DNA of 64,000 nucleotides from assembly GCA_022781985.1 (NCBI GenBank), contig JALESH010000030.1, positions 3,474 through 67,473 of the forward strand. Direction: 5' to 3'. The notes under the pieces are model-generated. The model had not been told where the DNA came from and did not search any database. It was given only the letters and a program-made list of their open reading frames with translations. This stretch comes from Lachnospiraceae bacterium (GTDB taxonomy: Bacteria > Bacillota > Clostridia > Lachnospirales > Lachnospiraceae). Position numbers and translations under genes: made by a program. This document shows, one piece after another, positions 44,225 to 52,791 of this stretch; positions within the stretch are counted from its first letter, which is position 1; each line of letters opens with the position of its first letter.

Positions 44225-46073
44225 TGCAAAACTGTTTTACAGAAGGACCTGCCTGATTATTTATGATATCATCAGTATCATTTTTTCAGGCTATATGGCA
44301 CTGCTGATCCGGTATGAGTTCCGTATGGACGACATACCGGAGCATTTCATGGAGCCTGTCACCAGGTTTCTGCCCGTGAATATCGTGCTCACGCTTTTTA
44401 TATTCTATCTGTTCCGGCTCTATCACAGCCTGTGGGCCTTTGCCGGGGAGACGGAGCTGCAGAATCTGGTGATGGCCTGCGTGGGCTCGGCAGTGGTCAA
44501 TGCGGTAGGCCTGCAGTTTGTGAAGATCACGCAGCAGCCGGTTCCCAAAAGCTATTATATCCAGTATCTCTTCGTGCTCATCACGATGATCTTTGCCAGC
44601 CGCTTTTCCTACCGCTTCCTGCGTAGTCTCAAGCATAAGCAGCAGAATAAGAAAAACGGCATATCGGTGATGGTGATCGGCGCCGGAGAGGCTGCCAACG
44701 TGATCATCAAGGAAATCGTCAACAGTAACTTCAGCACCATGGTGATCCGCTGCATCATCGACGATGACAAGGGAAAGTGGGGCAGCTATATCCAGGGCAT
44801 CAAGGTGCTGGGAGGCAGGGAGAAGATCATAGAGTGCGCGGACATCTACGAGATCGACGAGATCATAGTGGCCATGCCCTCCATCTCCCGTTCCGAGCTG
44901 CGCAAGATCTTGGAGATCTGCAAGGAGACCAGCTGTAAGCTGCGGGCCCTGCCGGGGATGTACCAGCTTGTGAATGGCGAGGTGAACGTCAGCAAGCTGA
45001 GGGATGTGGAGGTAGAGGACCTGCTGGGCCGGGAGCCTATTACGGTGGATATGGACTCCATCCTGGGCTATGTACAGAATAAGGTGGTGCTGGTGACAGG
45101 CGGCGGAGGCTCCATCGGCAGTGAGCTCTGCAGGCAGATCGCCAGCCACCGGCCAAGGCAGCTGATCATCCTGGATATTTATGAGAACAATGTGTATGAT
45201 GTCCAGCAGGAGCTGAAGCGGCGGTATCCCGAGCTGAAGCTGGTGGTGCTCATCGCCTCCGTCAGAAATACCAACCGGATGAACTGGATCTTTGAGAACT
45301 ACAGACCCGATATCGTCTACCATGCGGCGGCCCACAAGCATGTGCCCCTGATGGAGGACAGTCCCAACGAGGCAGTGAAGAACAACGTTTTCGGAACCTG
45401 GAAGACAGCGCAGGCCTCTGCCTTTTATGGGGTGAAGCGGTTTGTCCTCATCTCTACGGACAAGGCAGTGAATCCCACCAATATCATGGGAGCCAGCAAG
45501 CGTATCTGTGAAATGATCATACAGACCTTCAACAACCATTACGAAACCGAGTTTGTGGCTGTGCGCTTTGGCAATGTACTGGGCAGCAACGGCAGTGTGA
45601 TCCCTCTTTTCAGGAAGCAGATCATGGCGGGAGGACCGGTGACAGTGACCCATCCTGATATCATCCGCTATTTCATGACCATTCCCGAGGCAGTCTCCCT
45701 GGTATTACAGGCCGGGGCCTATGCCAAAGGAGGGGAGATCTTTGTGCTGGATATGGGAGAGCCGGTAAAGATCCTGGATCTGGCACAGAATCTGATCCGC
45801 CTGTCGGGCTATCGGGTAGGAGAGGATATCCGGATAGAGTTTACCGGACTCAGGCCGGGAGAGAAGCTGTATGAGGAGCTGCTCATGGATGAGGAGGGCA
45901 TGAAGGAGACGGCCAACAGGCTGATTCATATCGGAAAGCCTATAGAGATCAATGAGACTGAATTTTTTATACAGCTGAAAAATCTGAAAGAGGCATCCAG
46001 GAACGAGAGCCGGGATATCCGTCCCATGATCCGGGCCATCGTCCCTACCTATACCTATACAACAGAAACATAG
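44199..46073 (+). CDS. membrane-anchored UDP-GlcNAc 4,6-dehydratase (CapD/PglF/EpsC family)
   Basis: Four N-terminal TM helices. Two Rossmann regions (VMVIGAGEAA; VLVTGGGGSIGSEL). YHAAAHKHVP, ISTDKAVNPTN.MGASKR and VRFGNVLGS.GSVIP blocks. Confidence 0.88.
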   Translation: MERKKKPFNAKLFYRRTCLIIYDIISIIFSGYMALLIRYEFRMDDIPEHFMEPVTRFLPVNIVLTLFIFYLFRLYHSLWAFAGETELQNLVMACVGSAVVNAVGLQFVKITQQPVPKSYYIQYLFVLITMIFASRFSYRFLRSLKHKQQNKKNGISVMVIGAGEAANVIIKEIVNSNFSTMVIRCIIDDDKGKWGSYIQGIKVLGGREKIIECADIYEIDEIIVAMPSISRSELRKILEICKETSCKLRALPGMYQLVNGEVNVSKLRDVEVEDLLGREPITVDMDSILGYVQNKVVLVTGGGGSIGSELCRQIASHRPRQLIILDIYENNVYDVQQELKRRYPELKLVVLIASVRNTNRMNWIFENYRPDIVYHAAAHKHVPLMEDSPNEAVKNNVFGTWKTAQASAFYGVKRFVLISTDKAVNPTNIMGASKRICEMIIQTFNNHYETEFVAVRFGNVLGSNGSVIPLFRKQIMAGGPVTVTHPDIIRYFMTIPEAVSLVLQAGAYAKGGEIFVLDMGEPVKILDLAQNLIRLSGYRVGEDIRIEFTGLRPGEKLYEELLMDEEGMKETANRLIHIGKPIEINETEFFIQLKNLKEASRNESRDIRPMIRAIVPTYTYTTET

Positions 46074-46096
46074 AAAATGAAGGGAGGATATACAAA

Positions 46097-47227
46097 ATGG
46101 AGAAAAAGCGGATTTACCTTTCCTCCCCTACCATGCATGGTAAGGAGCAGGAGTTTGTAAAAGAGGCATTTGATACCAACTGGGTCGCGCCGCTGGGGCC
46201 CAATGTGGATGCATTGGAAAAGGAGATGGAAGCCTTTACGGGGGCCGGGCACGCTGCGGCACTGAGCGCAGGGACGGCAGCCATCCATCTGGCCCTGCGG
46301 CTGCTGGGGGTGAAGGAGGGGGACGTGGTATTCGTGTCCTCTCTTACCTTCTGCGCCACCTGCAATCCCATCGTCTATGAGAAGGCAGCGCCGGTTTTCA
46401 TCGACTCTGAGAGGGACACTTGGAATATGTGCCCACGGGCACTGGAAAGGGCCTATGAAAAATATCCCCATCCCAAGGCAGTGATTCTGGTTCACCTGTA
46501 TGGGACTCCGGCCAGGCTGGACGAGATCATGAACATATGCAGGGAGCATGGCACTCCCCTGATCGAGGACGCGGCAGAATCCCTGGGCAGTACCTACAGA
46601 GGAAGGCATACGGGAACCTTTGGAAGCTTCGGCATCTATTCCTTTAACGGCAATAAGATCATTACCACCTCCGGCGGCGGCATGCTGGTATCTCCGGAGG
46701 AGGAGCAGATCCGAAGGGCCAGGTTTCTGGCCACCCAGGCCAGGGATCCGGCCAGACATTACCAACACTCCCAGATAGGCTTCAACTACCGGATGAGCAA
46801 TGTGACAGCAGGAATCGGCCGGGGGCAGCTTATGTTCCTGGAGGAGCATAAGCGCCTCAAGAAGGAGATTTACCGCACCTACAGCGAGGCCTTTGAGGAG
46901 ATACCGGAGATTACCATGAATCCTCTGAACCCGGAGGGAGATGCCAACTGCTGGCTTTCCTGCATGACCCTGGAGGAGGGCTGCAGGGTCACACCGGATA
47001 GGATCATGGATGCTCTGGAAAAGGAAAATGCGGAAAGCCGCCCGATCTGGAAGCCCCTGCATCTCCAGCCGGTATTTGCGGAATGTGATTTTGTGACGGC
47101 GGAGGGAGGCCCGGAGAGTGTGTCGGAGGACATATTCCGAAGAGGCCTGTGCCTGCCCAGTGACATCAAGAACACGGAGGAGGACATGGAGCTGATCATA
47201 GGAACCGTGAAATCGCTGTTTGAATAG
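46097..47227 (+). CDS. DegT/PglE/EpsN-type aminotransferase (UDP-4-keto-6-deoxy-HexNAc 4-aminotransferase)
   Basis: IYLSSPTMHGKEQEFVKEAFDTNWVAPLGP and YSFNGNKIITTSGGGML (PLP Lys) motifs. It sits next to the dehydratase. Confidence 0.88.
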   Translation: MEKKRIYLSSPTMHGKEQEFVKEAFDTNWVAPLGPNVDALEKEMEAFTGAGHAAALSAGTAAIHLALRLLGVKEGDVVFVSSLTFCATCNPIVYEKAAPVFIDSERDTWNMCPRALERAYEKYPHPKAVILVHLYGTPARLDEIMNICREHGTPLIEDAAESLGSTYRGRHTGTFGSFGIYSFNGNKIITTSGGGMLVSPEEEQIRRARFLATQARDPARHYQHSQIGFNYRMSNVTAGIGRGQLMFLEEHKRLKKEIYRTYSEAFEEIPEITMNPLNPEGDANCWLSCMTLEEGCRVTPDRIMDALEKENAESRPIWKPLHLQPVFAECDFVTAEGGPESVSEDIFRRGLCLPSDIKNTEEDMELIIGTVKSLFE

Positions 47228-47243
47228 GCAGGGCCGGGAGGGT

Positions 47244-47894
47244 ATGAGCATGATATACGGAAAATATATAAAGAGGCTGCTGGATTTTATCCTGTCCCTT
47301 CTGGGTATTATCGTCCTCAGCCCGTTGCTTCTGATCCTGGCTGTGCTGGTACGCTGCAGGCTGGGAAGTCCTATTCTGTTCCGGCAGGAGAGGCCGGGCA
47401 AGGATGAAAAGATCTTTACCCTCTGCAAATTCCGGACCATGACGGATCAGAAGGATGACCGGGGCAGGCTCCTGCCGGACAGCCAGAGGCTCACCGGATT
47501 CGGCAGGCTGCTCAGGGCCTCCAGCCTGGATGAGCTGCCGGAGCTATTCAATATCCTCAGAGGGGACATGAGCATCATCGGGCCCAGGCCCCTGCTGGTC
47601 TCCTACCTGCCTTATTATACCCGGGAGGAGAGGAAGCGCCATACAGTGCGTCCCGGACTTACCGGACTGGCACAGGTCAGCGGCAGGAATTTTATAGACT
47701 GGGACAGGCGGCTGGAAAAGGATGTAGAGTATGTGGACCGGCTCTCCTTCAGGATGGATCTGAAGGTGCTGTGGCTCACGGTGAAAACGGTGCTGGGCCG
47801 CAGCAGTGAGGTGGCAGAGGATACCCAGGCAGTGGAAGGAAATTTTGCGCAGATCAGACAGAAGCGGCTGGATGAGACGGGAAGGCTGAAATAG
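47244..47894 (+). CDS. small monotopic phosphoglycosyl transferase (PglC/EpsL/WecP-core type, initiating enzyme)
   Basis: KR..DFILSLLG.IVLSP.....L.VR...GSPILF.Q.RPG.....F...KFRTM...D......RLT.FG..LR..SLDELPEL.NIL.GDMS.IGPRP. The ATG at 47244 follows GGGAGGG. Confidence 0.85.
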   Translation: MSMIYGKYIKRLLDFILSLLGIIVLSPLLLILAVLVRCRLGSPILFRQERPGKDEKIFTLCKFRTMTDQKDDRGRLLPDSQRLTGFGRLLRASSLDELPELFNILRGDMSIIGPRPLLVSYLPYYTREERKRHTVRPGLTGLAQVSGRNFIDWDRRLEKDVEYVDRLSFRMDLKVLWLTVKTVLGRSSEVAEDTQAVEGNFAQIRQKRLDETGRLK

Positions 47895-47939
47895 GAGAAG
47901 GCCGGGATTTGCGCGGGCAGAAGGAGCGTGGTGATAGCG

Positions 47940-48923
47940 ATGAATATATTGATTTTAAGCGCGGGGACAAGAAATAAGGTAGTACAGTATTTTAAGTGGG
48001 AGCTGGGGGAGACAGGCATGGTTCTGGCCACGGACTGCTCCGGTCTGGCCCCTGCGGTGTATGAGGCAGATCAGTTCTTTCTGGTTCCCAGGATATCTGC
48101 GCCGGATTATCTGGACAGGGTGCTGGATATCTGCAAAAGGGAGAGGGTGGACGGGGTCTTTTCCCTGATCGACCCGGAGCTGAGCCTGCTGGCCAGGGAG
48201 AGGGAGCGTTTTCTGGAGGTGGGCGCCACCCCCATTGTCTCCCCCTATGAGCTGGTGGAAACCTGCCTGGATAAGTACAGGATGTATCAGCTGCTGTGTG
48301 AGATGGGCATCCCTACAGGGAGGTGCTATGTGGACAGGGAGGAGTTTTACCGGGCCGTGGAGGAGGGCCTCATCTCTTATCCTGTTTTCGTGAAGCCCGT
48401 CAGGGGAAGCGCCAGTATGAATATCAATATGGTCAGGAGCCGGGAGGAGCTGGAGGTGCTCTTTCACCTGTATGACGACCTGATGATACAGGAGTACATG
48501 GATGGGACAGAGTATGGCGCAGATGTGTACGTGGATATGCTCAGCGGAAGGTGTACCTCCCTGTTTGTAAAGGAAAAACTCAGGATGCGGGCCGGGGAGA
48601 CGGATAAGTCGGTTTCCGTCAGGGATGACAGGCTCTTCGGGCTGATAGAAAATTTTGTGGAAACCTGCGGTTTCTGTGGTATGATAGACATAGATATTTT
48701 CCGGATAGAGGACACCTATTATATTTCGGAGGTCAATCCCCGGTTTGGAGGAGGCTATCCCCATGCCTATGAATGCGGGGTAAATTTTCCCGCCCAGGTG
48801 CTCCGGAATCTGAAGGGAGAGAGCAATCCCCCCTCCATAGGCGGCTACCAAACCGGGATCTGTATGATGAAGTACAATGAGGTCACAGTCATGGATATGA
48901 AGAATATGGAGATGGTCAGATAG
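47940..48923 (+). CDS. ATP-grasp domain enzyme (carboxylate-amine ligase candidate)
   Basis: MNILILSAG.R...V..F pre-domain, KP..GSAS..I, IQEYM.G.EY..DVY and EVNPRFGGGYP core motifs. It resembles the CPS-large-subunit-like ATP-grasp proteins found in glycan loci. Confidence 0.75.
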   Translation: MNILILSAGTRNKVVQYFKWELGETGMVLATDCSGLAPAVYEADQFFLVPRISAPDYLDRVLDICKRERVDGVFSLIDPELSLLARERERFLEVGATPIVSPYELVETCLDKYRMYQLLCEMGIPTGRCYVDREEFYRAVEEGLISYPVFVKPVRGSASMNINMVRSREELEVLFHLYDDLMIQEYMDGTEYGADVYVDMLSGRCTSLFVKEKLRMRAGETDKSVSVRDDRLFGLIENFVETCGFCGMIDIDIFRIEDTYYISEVNPRFGGGYPHAYECGVNFPAQVLRNLKGESNPPSIGGYQTGICMMKYNEVTVMDMKNMEMVR

Positions 48924-50012
48924 ATGAGCAGGATTTTAATTTTGTCCAATTCCTCCGGCGGCCTGTATGATTTCAGGAACGAGCTGCTGGTGGAGCTGTT
49001 AAAAGAGCATCATGTCATCGTCAGCATACCGGATGATGTAAAAAAGAAGGAGCTGGAGGAGGAGGGCTGCCGGATCATCCCCACCCCCATCAACAGGAGA
49101 GGAGTGGATCCCAGGGAGGATATGAGGCTGCTCCTGTCCTATCGCAGGCTGCTCCGGGAGGCAGAGCCGCATCTGGTGCTGACCTATACCATAAAGCCCA
49201 ATGTATACGGCGGGCTGGCCTGCAGGCTGGCCCGCATCCCCTACCTGTCCACCATTACCGGACTGGGAGGCGGCTTCGACAGGAAAGGGCTGTTTCTGAG
49301 GCTGATCATCTCCCTGTATCGGACAGGCTTAAAGGGGGCGGCCTGTGTCTTTTTCCAGAACAGGGAGAACCTGGGCATTTTTGAAGGCTGGAGCATCCGG
49401 GGGAAAAAATCCCGTCTGGTCAGCGGCTCCGGGGTCAATCTGGAGCGGCATGTCTGTGAGGCATATCCGGCGGAAGGAAAGACCACCCTGCTTTTTGTGG
49501 GTAGGGTGATGAAGGAAAGGGGCATCCTGGAGTTTCTGGAGGCTGCGGTACGTCTCCACAGGGAGGATGTGGAGTTTGCCATACTGGGCTACTGCGACGA
49601 GGATTACCAGGCTATGCTGGATGAGTATGAGGAGAAGGGCGTGATCAGGCAGTGGGGGTTTCACACAGAGGTACACCCCTATCTGAGCAGGGCTTCCGCT
49701 GTGGTGGTGGCATCCTTCCACGAGGGCATGTCCAATGCCCTGATCGAGGCTGCAGCCACCGGCCGGCCGGTGATCGCATCCCGTATCAGCGGCTGTAAGG
49801 AGGCTTTTGAGGAGGGGATTACCGGCTTTGGCTTTACGCCGGGAGATGCAGACGGGCTGATAGAGGCCATTGAGAAATTCCTGAGCCTTTCCTGGGAGCA
49901 GCAGGCCCTCATGGGCAGGGCGGCCCGAGCCAAGATGGAGAGAGAGTTTGACAGGAATACAGTGACCCAGGCATATATACAGGAGATCCGGGAAGTTCTG
50001 TTTGGCAAATAG
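48924..50012 (+). CDS. glycosyltransferase family 4 (GT-B)
   Basis: The N-terminal ILILSNSSGGLYDFR.EL is typical of capsule-type GT4. The C-terminal HEGMSNALIEAAATGRPVIASRISGCKE.....TG signature is present. Confidence 0.8.
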   Translation: MSRILILSNSSGGLYDFRNELLVELLKEHHVIVSIPDDVKKKELEEEGCRIIPTPINRRGVDPREDMRLLLSYRRLLREAEPHLVLTYTIKPNVYGGLACRLARIPYLSTITGLGGGFDRKGLFLRLIISLYRTGLKGAACVFFQNRENLGIFEGWSIRGKKSRLVSGSGVNLERHVCEAYPAEGKTTLLFVGRVMKERGILEFLEAAVRLHREDVEFAILGYCDEDYQAMLDEYEEKGVIRQWGFHTEVHPYLSRASAVVVASFHEGMSNALIEAAATGRPVIASRISGCKEAFEEGITGFGFTPGDADGLIEAIEKFLSLSWEQQALMGRAARAKMEREFDRNTVTQAYIQEIREVLFGK

Positions 50013-50040
50013 GATCCCGGACTTTGGAAGGAGAATGGTT

Positions 50041-51360
50041 ATGAATTTGGATTTGTTTGAAAAGCTGGTCAGTGGGGAGGAGAAGCTTTCCCTAGTAGGA
50101 CTGGGATATGTGGGGATGCCCATCGCAGTAGCCTTTGCAAAAAAAATCAAGGTGATCGGCTTTGACTTAAATGAAAAGAAGGTGGAGCTGTATCGCTCCG
50201 GGGTGGATCCTACCAATGAGGTGGGGGATGAGGTGATCCGAAATACATCCGTGGACTTTACCGCCGATGCCTCCAGATTAAAGGAGGCAAAATTCCATAT
50301 CGTGGCAGTGCCTACACCGGTGAATGAGGATCATACGCCGGATCTTTCCCCTCTGGAGGGCGCCAGCCGTCTGCTGGGACAGAACCTGACCAGGGGTTCT
50401 GTGGTGGTATATGAGTCCACTGTATATCCGGGGGTGACGGAGGATATCTGCGTGCCTATCCTGGAGCGGGAGTCGGGCCTGAGGTGCGGAGTGGACTTCC
50501 GTGTGGGCTATTCTCCCGAGAGGATCAATCCGGGGGATAGGGTGCACCGTCTGGAAACCATCGTGAAGATCGTATCAGGGATGGATGAGGAGACTCTGGA
50601 GACAGTGGCCAGGGTCTATGAGCTGGTAGTGGAGGCCGGCGTATACCGCGCGGAGTCCATCCGGGTGGCAGAGGCCGCAAAGGTGATCGAGAACAGCCAG
50701 AGAGATATCAATATCGCCTTTATGAATGAGCTGTCCATTATCTTCCATAAGATGGGGATCGATACCAAGGAGGTACTGGCAGCAGCCGGCACCAAGTGGA
50801 ACTTTTTGAATTTTGCCCCCGGACTGGTGGGCGGACACTGCATCGGTGTGGATCCCTACTATCTCACCTACAAGGCGGAACAGCTGGGTTATCACTCCCA
50901 GATCATTCTGTCCGGACGCCGGATCAATGACGATATGGGAAAATATGTGGCAGAGAGCCTGGTAAAGAACCTGATCAGGACCGGGGCCGCTGTAAGCGGG
51001 GCCAGGGTGGCCATCCTGGGCTTTACCTTCAAGGAAAACTGCCCGGACACAAGGAACACCAAGGTCATTGATATCTACCGGGAGCTGGGAGAATACGGCA
51101 TCACCCCCATGGTGGTGGATCCTGAGGCAGATGCGGAGGAGGCAGGGCAGCTGTACGGCATCACCTTCCAGAAGCTGGAGGATATCAGGGATATGGATGC
51201 GGTCATCATAGCCGTGGCTCACGCCAGCTTCCAGGAGCTGTCCCCGGAGAGGATTGCTTCCTTCTTCCATCCGGATCATAAGGTAAAGGTACTGATGGAT
51301 CTGAAGGGGCTGTTTGACAGAAAGGAATATCAGAAGGATTATTTATATTGGAGGCTGTGA
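50041..51360 (+). CDS. UDP-N-acetylhexosamine 6-dehydrogenase (TviB/WbpO/CapL-like nucleotide-sugar dehydrogenase)
   Basis: LVGLGYVGMP.A.AF NAD site, VPTPV, ESTVYPG.TE, GYSPERINPGD, AE.AKVIEN.QRD.NIA and GLVGGHCIGVDPYYL catalytic Cys. The start is at 50035 or 50041, after GGAAGGAGA. Confidence 0.85.
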   Translation: MNLDLFEKLVSGEEKLSLVGLGYVGMPIAVAFAKKIKVIGFDLNEKKVELYRSGVDPTNEVGDEVIRNTSVDFTADASRLKEAKFHIVAVPTPVNEDHTPDLSPLEGASRLLGQNLTRGSVVVYESTVYPGVTEDICVPILERESGLRCGVDFRVGYSPERINPGDRVHRLETIVKIVSGMDEETLETVARVYELVVEAGVYRAESIRVAEAAKVIENSQRDINIAFMNELSIIFHKMGIDTKEVLAAAGTKWNFLNFAPGLVGGHCIGVDPYYLTYKAEQLGYHSQIILSGRRINDDMGKYVAESLVKNLIRTGAAVSGARVAILGFTFKENCPDTRNTKVIDIYRELGEYGITPMVVDPEADAEEAGQLYGITFQKLEDIRDMDAVIIAVAHASFQELSPERIASFFHPDHKVKVLMDLKGLFDRKEYQKDYLYWRL

Positions 51361-52790
51361 TCAGAAAAAACCGGAAAGCTACAAAAAGGATAAAGGCAGT
51401 CAGGCCCTGGCTCCTGCCGGGACTGCTGCTGGCAGTGTTCTGGGGCATGTTTGCCGTCTATGGGCCGGGGATCTACAATGACTCGGACCAGTATATCAAG
51501 ATGCACATCCACAGGGAGCCTCTCTATCCCCTGTTTCTGGCCGCCCTGCGGGGCATATTCGGGGAGGGCTGGCTGACCGCCATGGGAATCCTCCAGAATG
51601 GACTTGCGGCAGTGAGCATATGGGTTTTTGCCCGATACATGGCCGGAAGGTTCAGATTGAACTGGCTGGAGGAGGGGATCCTGGCTCTGCTGGGGCTGAT
51701 GCCCCACATGATGACCATGTTTTTTTCCTCCCTCCATCTGTTCCTGACCAATTCGGTGATGAGCGAGGCTCTCTGCCTGCCTCTGTTTCTGCTGTTTATG
51801 ACGGCCTGCTTCGGGATGTGCCTGGAGGAGGAGAGGAAAAAGAGGAGAGAAATGACAGGCCTAGCCCTGGCGCTGGCCTTTCTGCTGTCCCTCACCCGCA
51901 GCCAGATGCTGCTGGCGGTGCTGCTGTGGACGGCAGTGCTGGGAGGCAGGATTCTGCTGGAAAAAAAAGAGAAGGGACAGGGGGCAGGGGCCAGGCTGCC
52001 TGCCCTGCTGGCGGCGCTCACGGCGGCCCTGCTGGTATTTGCCCTGCGAACCCTGTCGGTAAGAACCTATAATCTGGTTTTCAACGGCCGTTTTATCAAC
52101 AATACCTACGGAGCCGTAAATACCCTGACCAATATTCTCTATGCTGCAGACAGATTCCATGGAGAGAGGATCTCAGACCCGGAGGCCAGGGAGTTCTTTT
52201 ATCTTATGTATGACCTTACGGAGGAGAGGCAGGCCAATTATAAATATGCGGGGAAGGGATGGACCCGGAGGGCGGAGCATCTGGAGCAGTGGCATGACAC
52301 CATCAAATACGAGATGATCGAGGATGTTTTCTATCAGGCCTATGATAAGACGGTGACCACGGACTACATTGAGCAGAACCTGATGGCAGATGAAACAGCG
52401 GCAAGGATCATAGCAGGCATCCTTCCGGGCTGCTTTCTCCGGTGGCTGGGCAATTATCTGGCAGTGGCAGCCTATGGACTGATCCGAAGCATCGCAGTGG
52501 TGCATCCATTGCTCAACCAGGCGGCGGCCCTGATCTATCTTTCCGTGCCTCTGCTGGCCTGGCTGGTCCGCAGGCGGGGCGGAGAGAGAGGAATCATAGT
52601 GGTGATGGCCATAGCCCTGCTGGCTGTCCTGGCCAATGCAGCAGCAGTGTCTGTGACCATCATGTGTCTGTCCAGATATATGATCTATGGATTTACCACA
52701 TTCTACGCAGGGTATTTCCTGCTGCTGCGGGAAATAAGGAAGAGCTATTGGAGGAGAAGGGCTCCGTCTGAGAAAGGAGGGCGGTCATAG
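51348..52790 (+). CDS. polytopic membrane protein, GT-C-like / polymerase candidate
   Basis: 480 aa. An N-D-S-D motif (51477..51488) follows the first TM helix. It has about 9 TM helices and a roughly 110-aa soluble loop. The start codon is uncertain (TTG 51348 or GTG 51357, neither with good SD spacing). Confidence 0.5.
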   Translation: MEAVIRKNRKATKRIKAVRPWLLPGLLLAVFWGMFAVYGPGIYNDSDQYIKMHIHREPLYPLFLAALRGIFGEGWLTAMGILQNGLAAVSIWVFARYMAGRFRLNWLEEGILALLGLMPHMMTMFFSSLHLFLTNSVMSEALCLPLFLLFMTACFGMCLEEERKKRREMTGLALALAFLLSLTRSQMLLAVLLWTAVLGGRILLEKKEKGQGAGARLPALLAALTAALLVFALRTLSVRTYNLVFNGRFINNTYGAVNTLTNILYAADRFHGERISDPEAREFFYLMYDLTEERQANYKYAGKGWTRRAEHLEQWHDTIKYEMIEDVFYQAYDKTVTTDYIEQNLMADETAARIIAGILPGCFLRWLGNYLAVAAYGLIRSIAVVHPLLNQAAALIYLSVPLLAWLVRRRGGERGIIVVMAIALLAVLANAAAVSVTIMCLSRYMIYGFTTFYAGYFLLLREIRKSYWRRRAPSEKGGRS

Positions 52791-52791
52791 G

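Noticed and set aside
46055-47440. 461-aa minus-strand ORF
   Set aside because: It lies antisense to the PglE/EpsN-type aminotransferase and the start of the PglC-like gene. No motifs are present, so I treat it as a shadow ORF.
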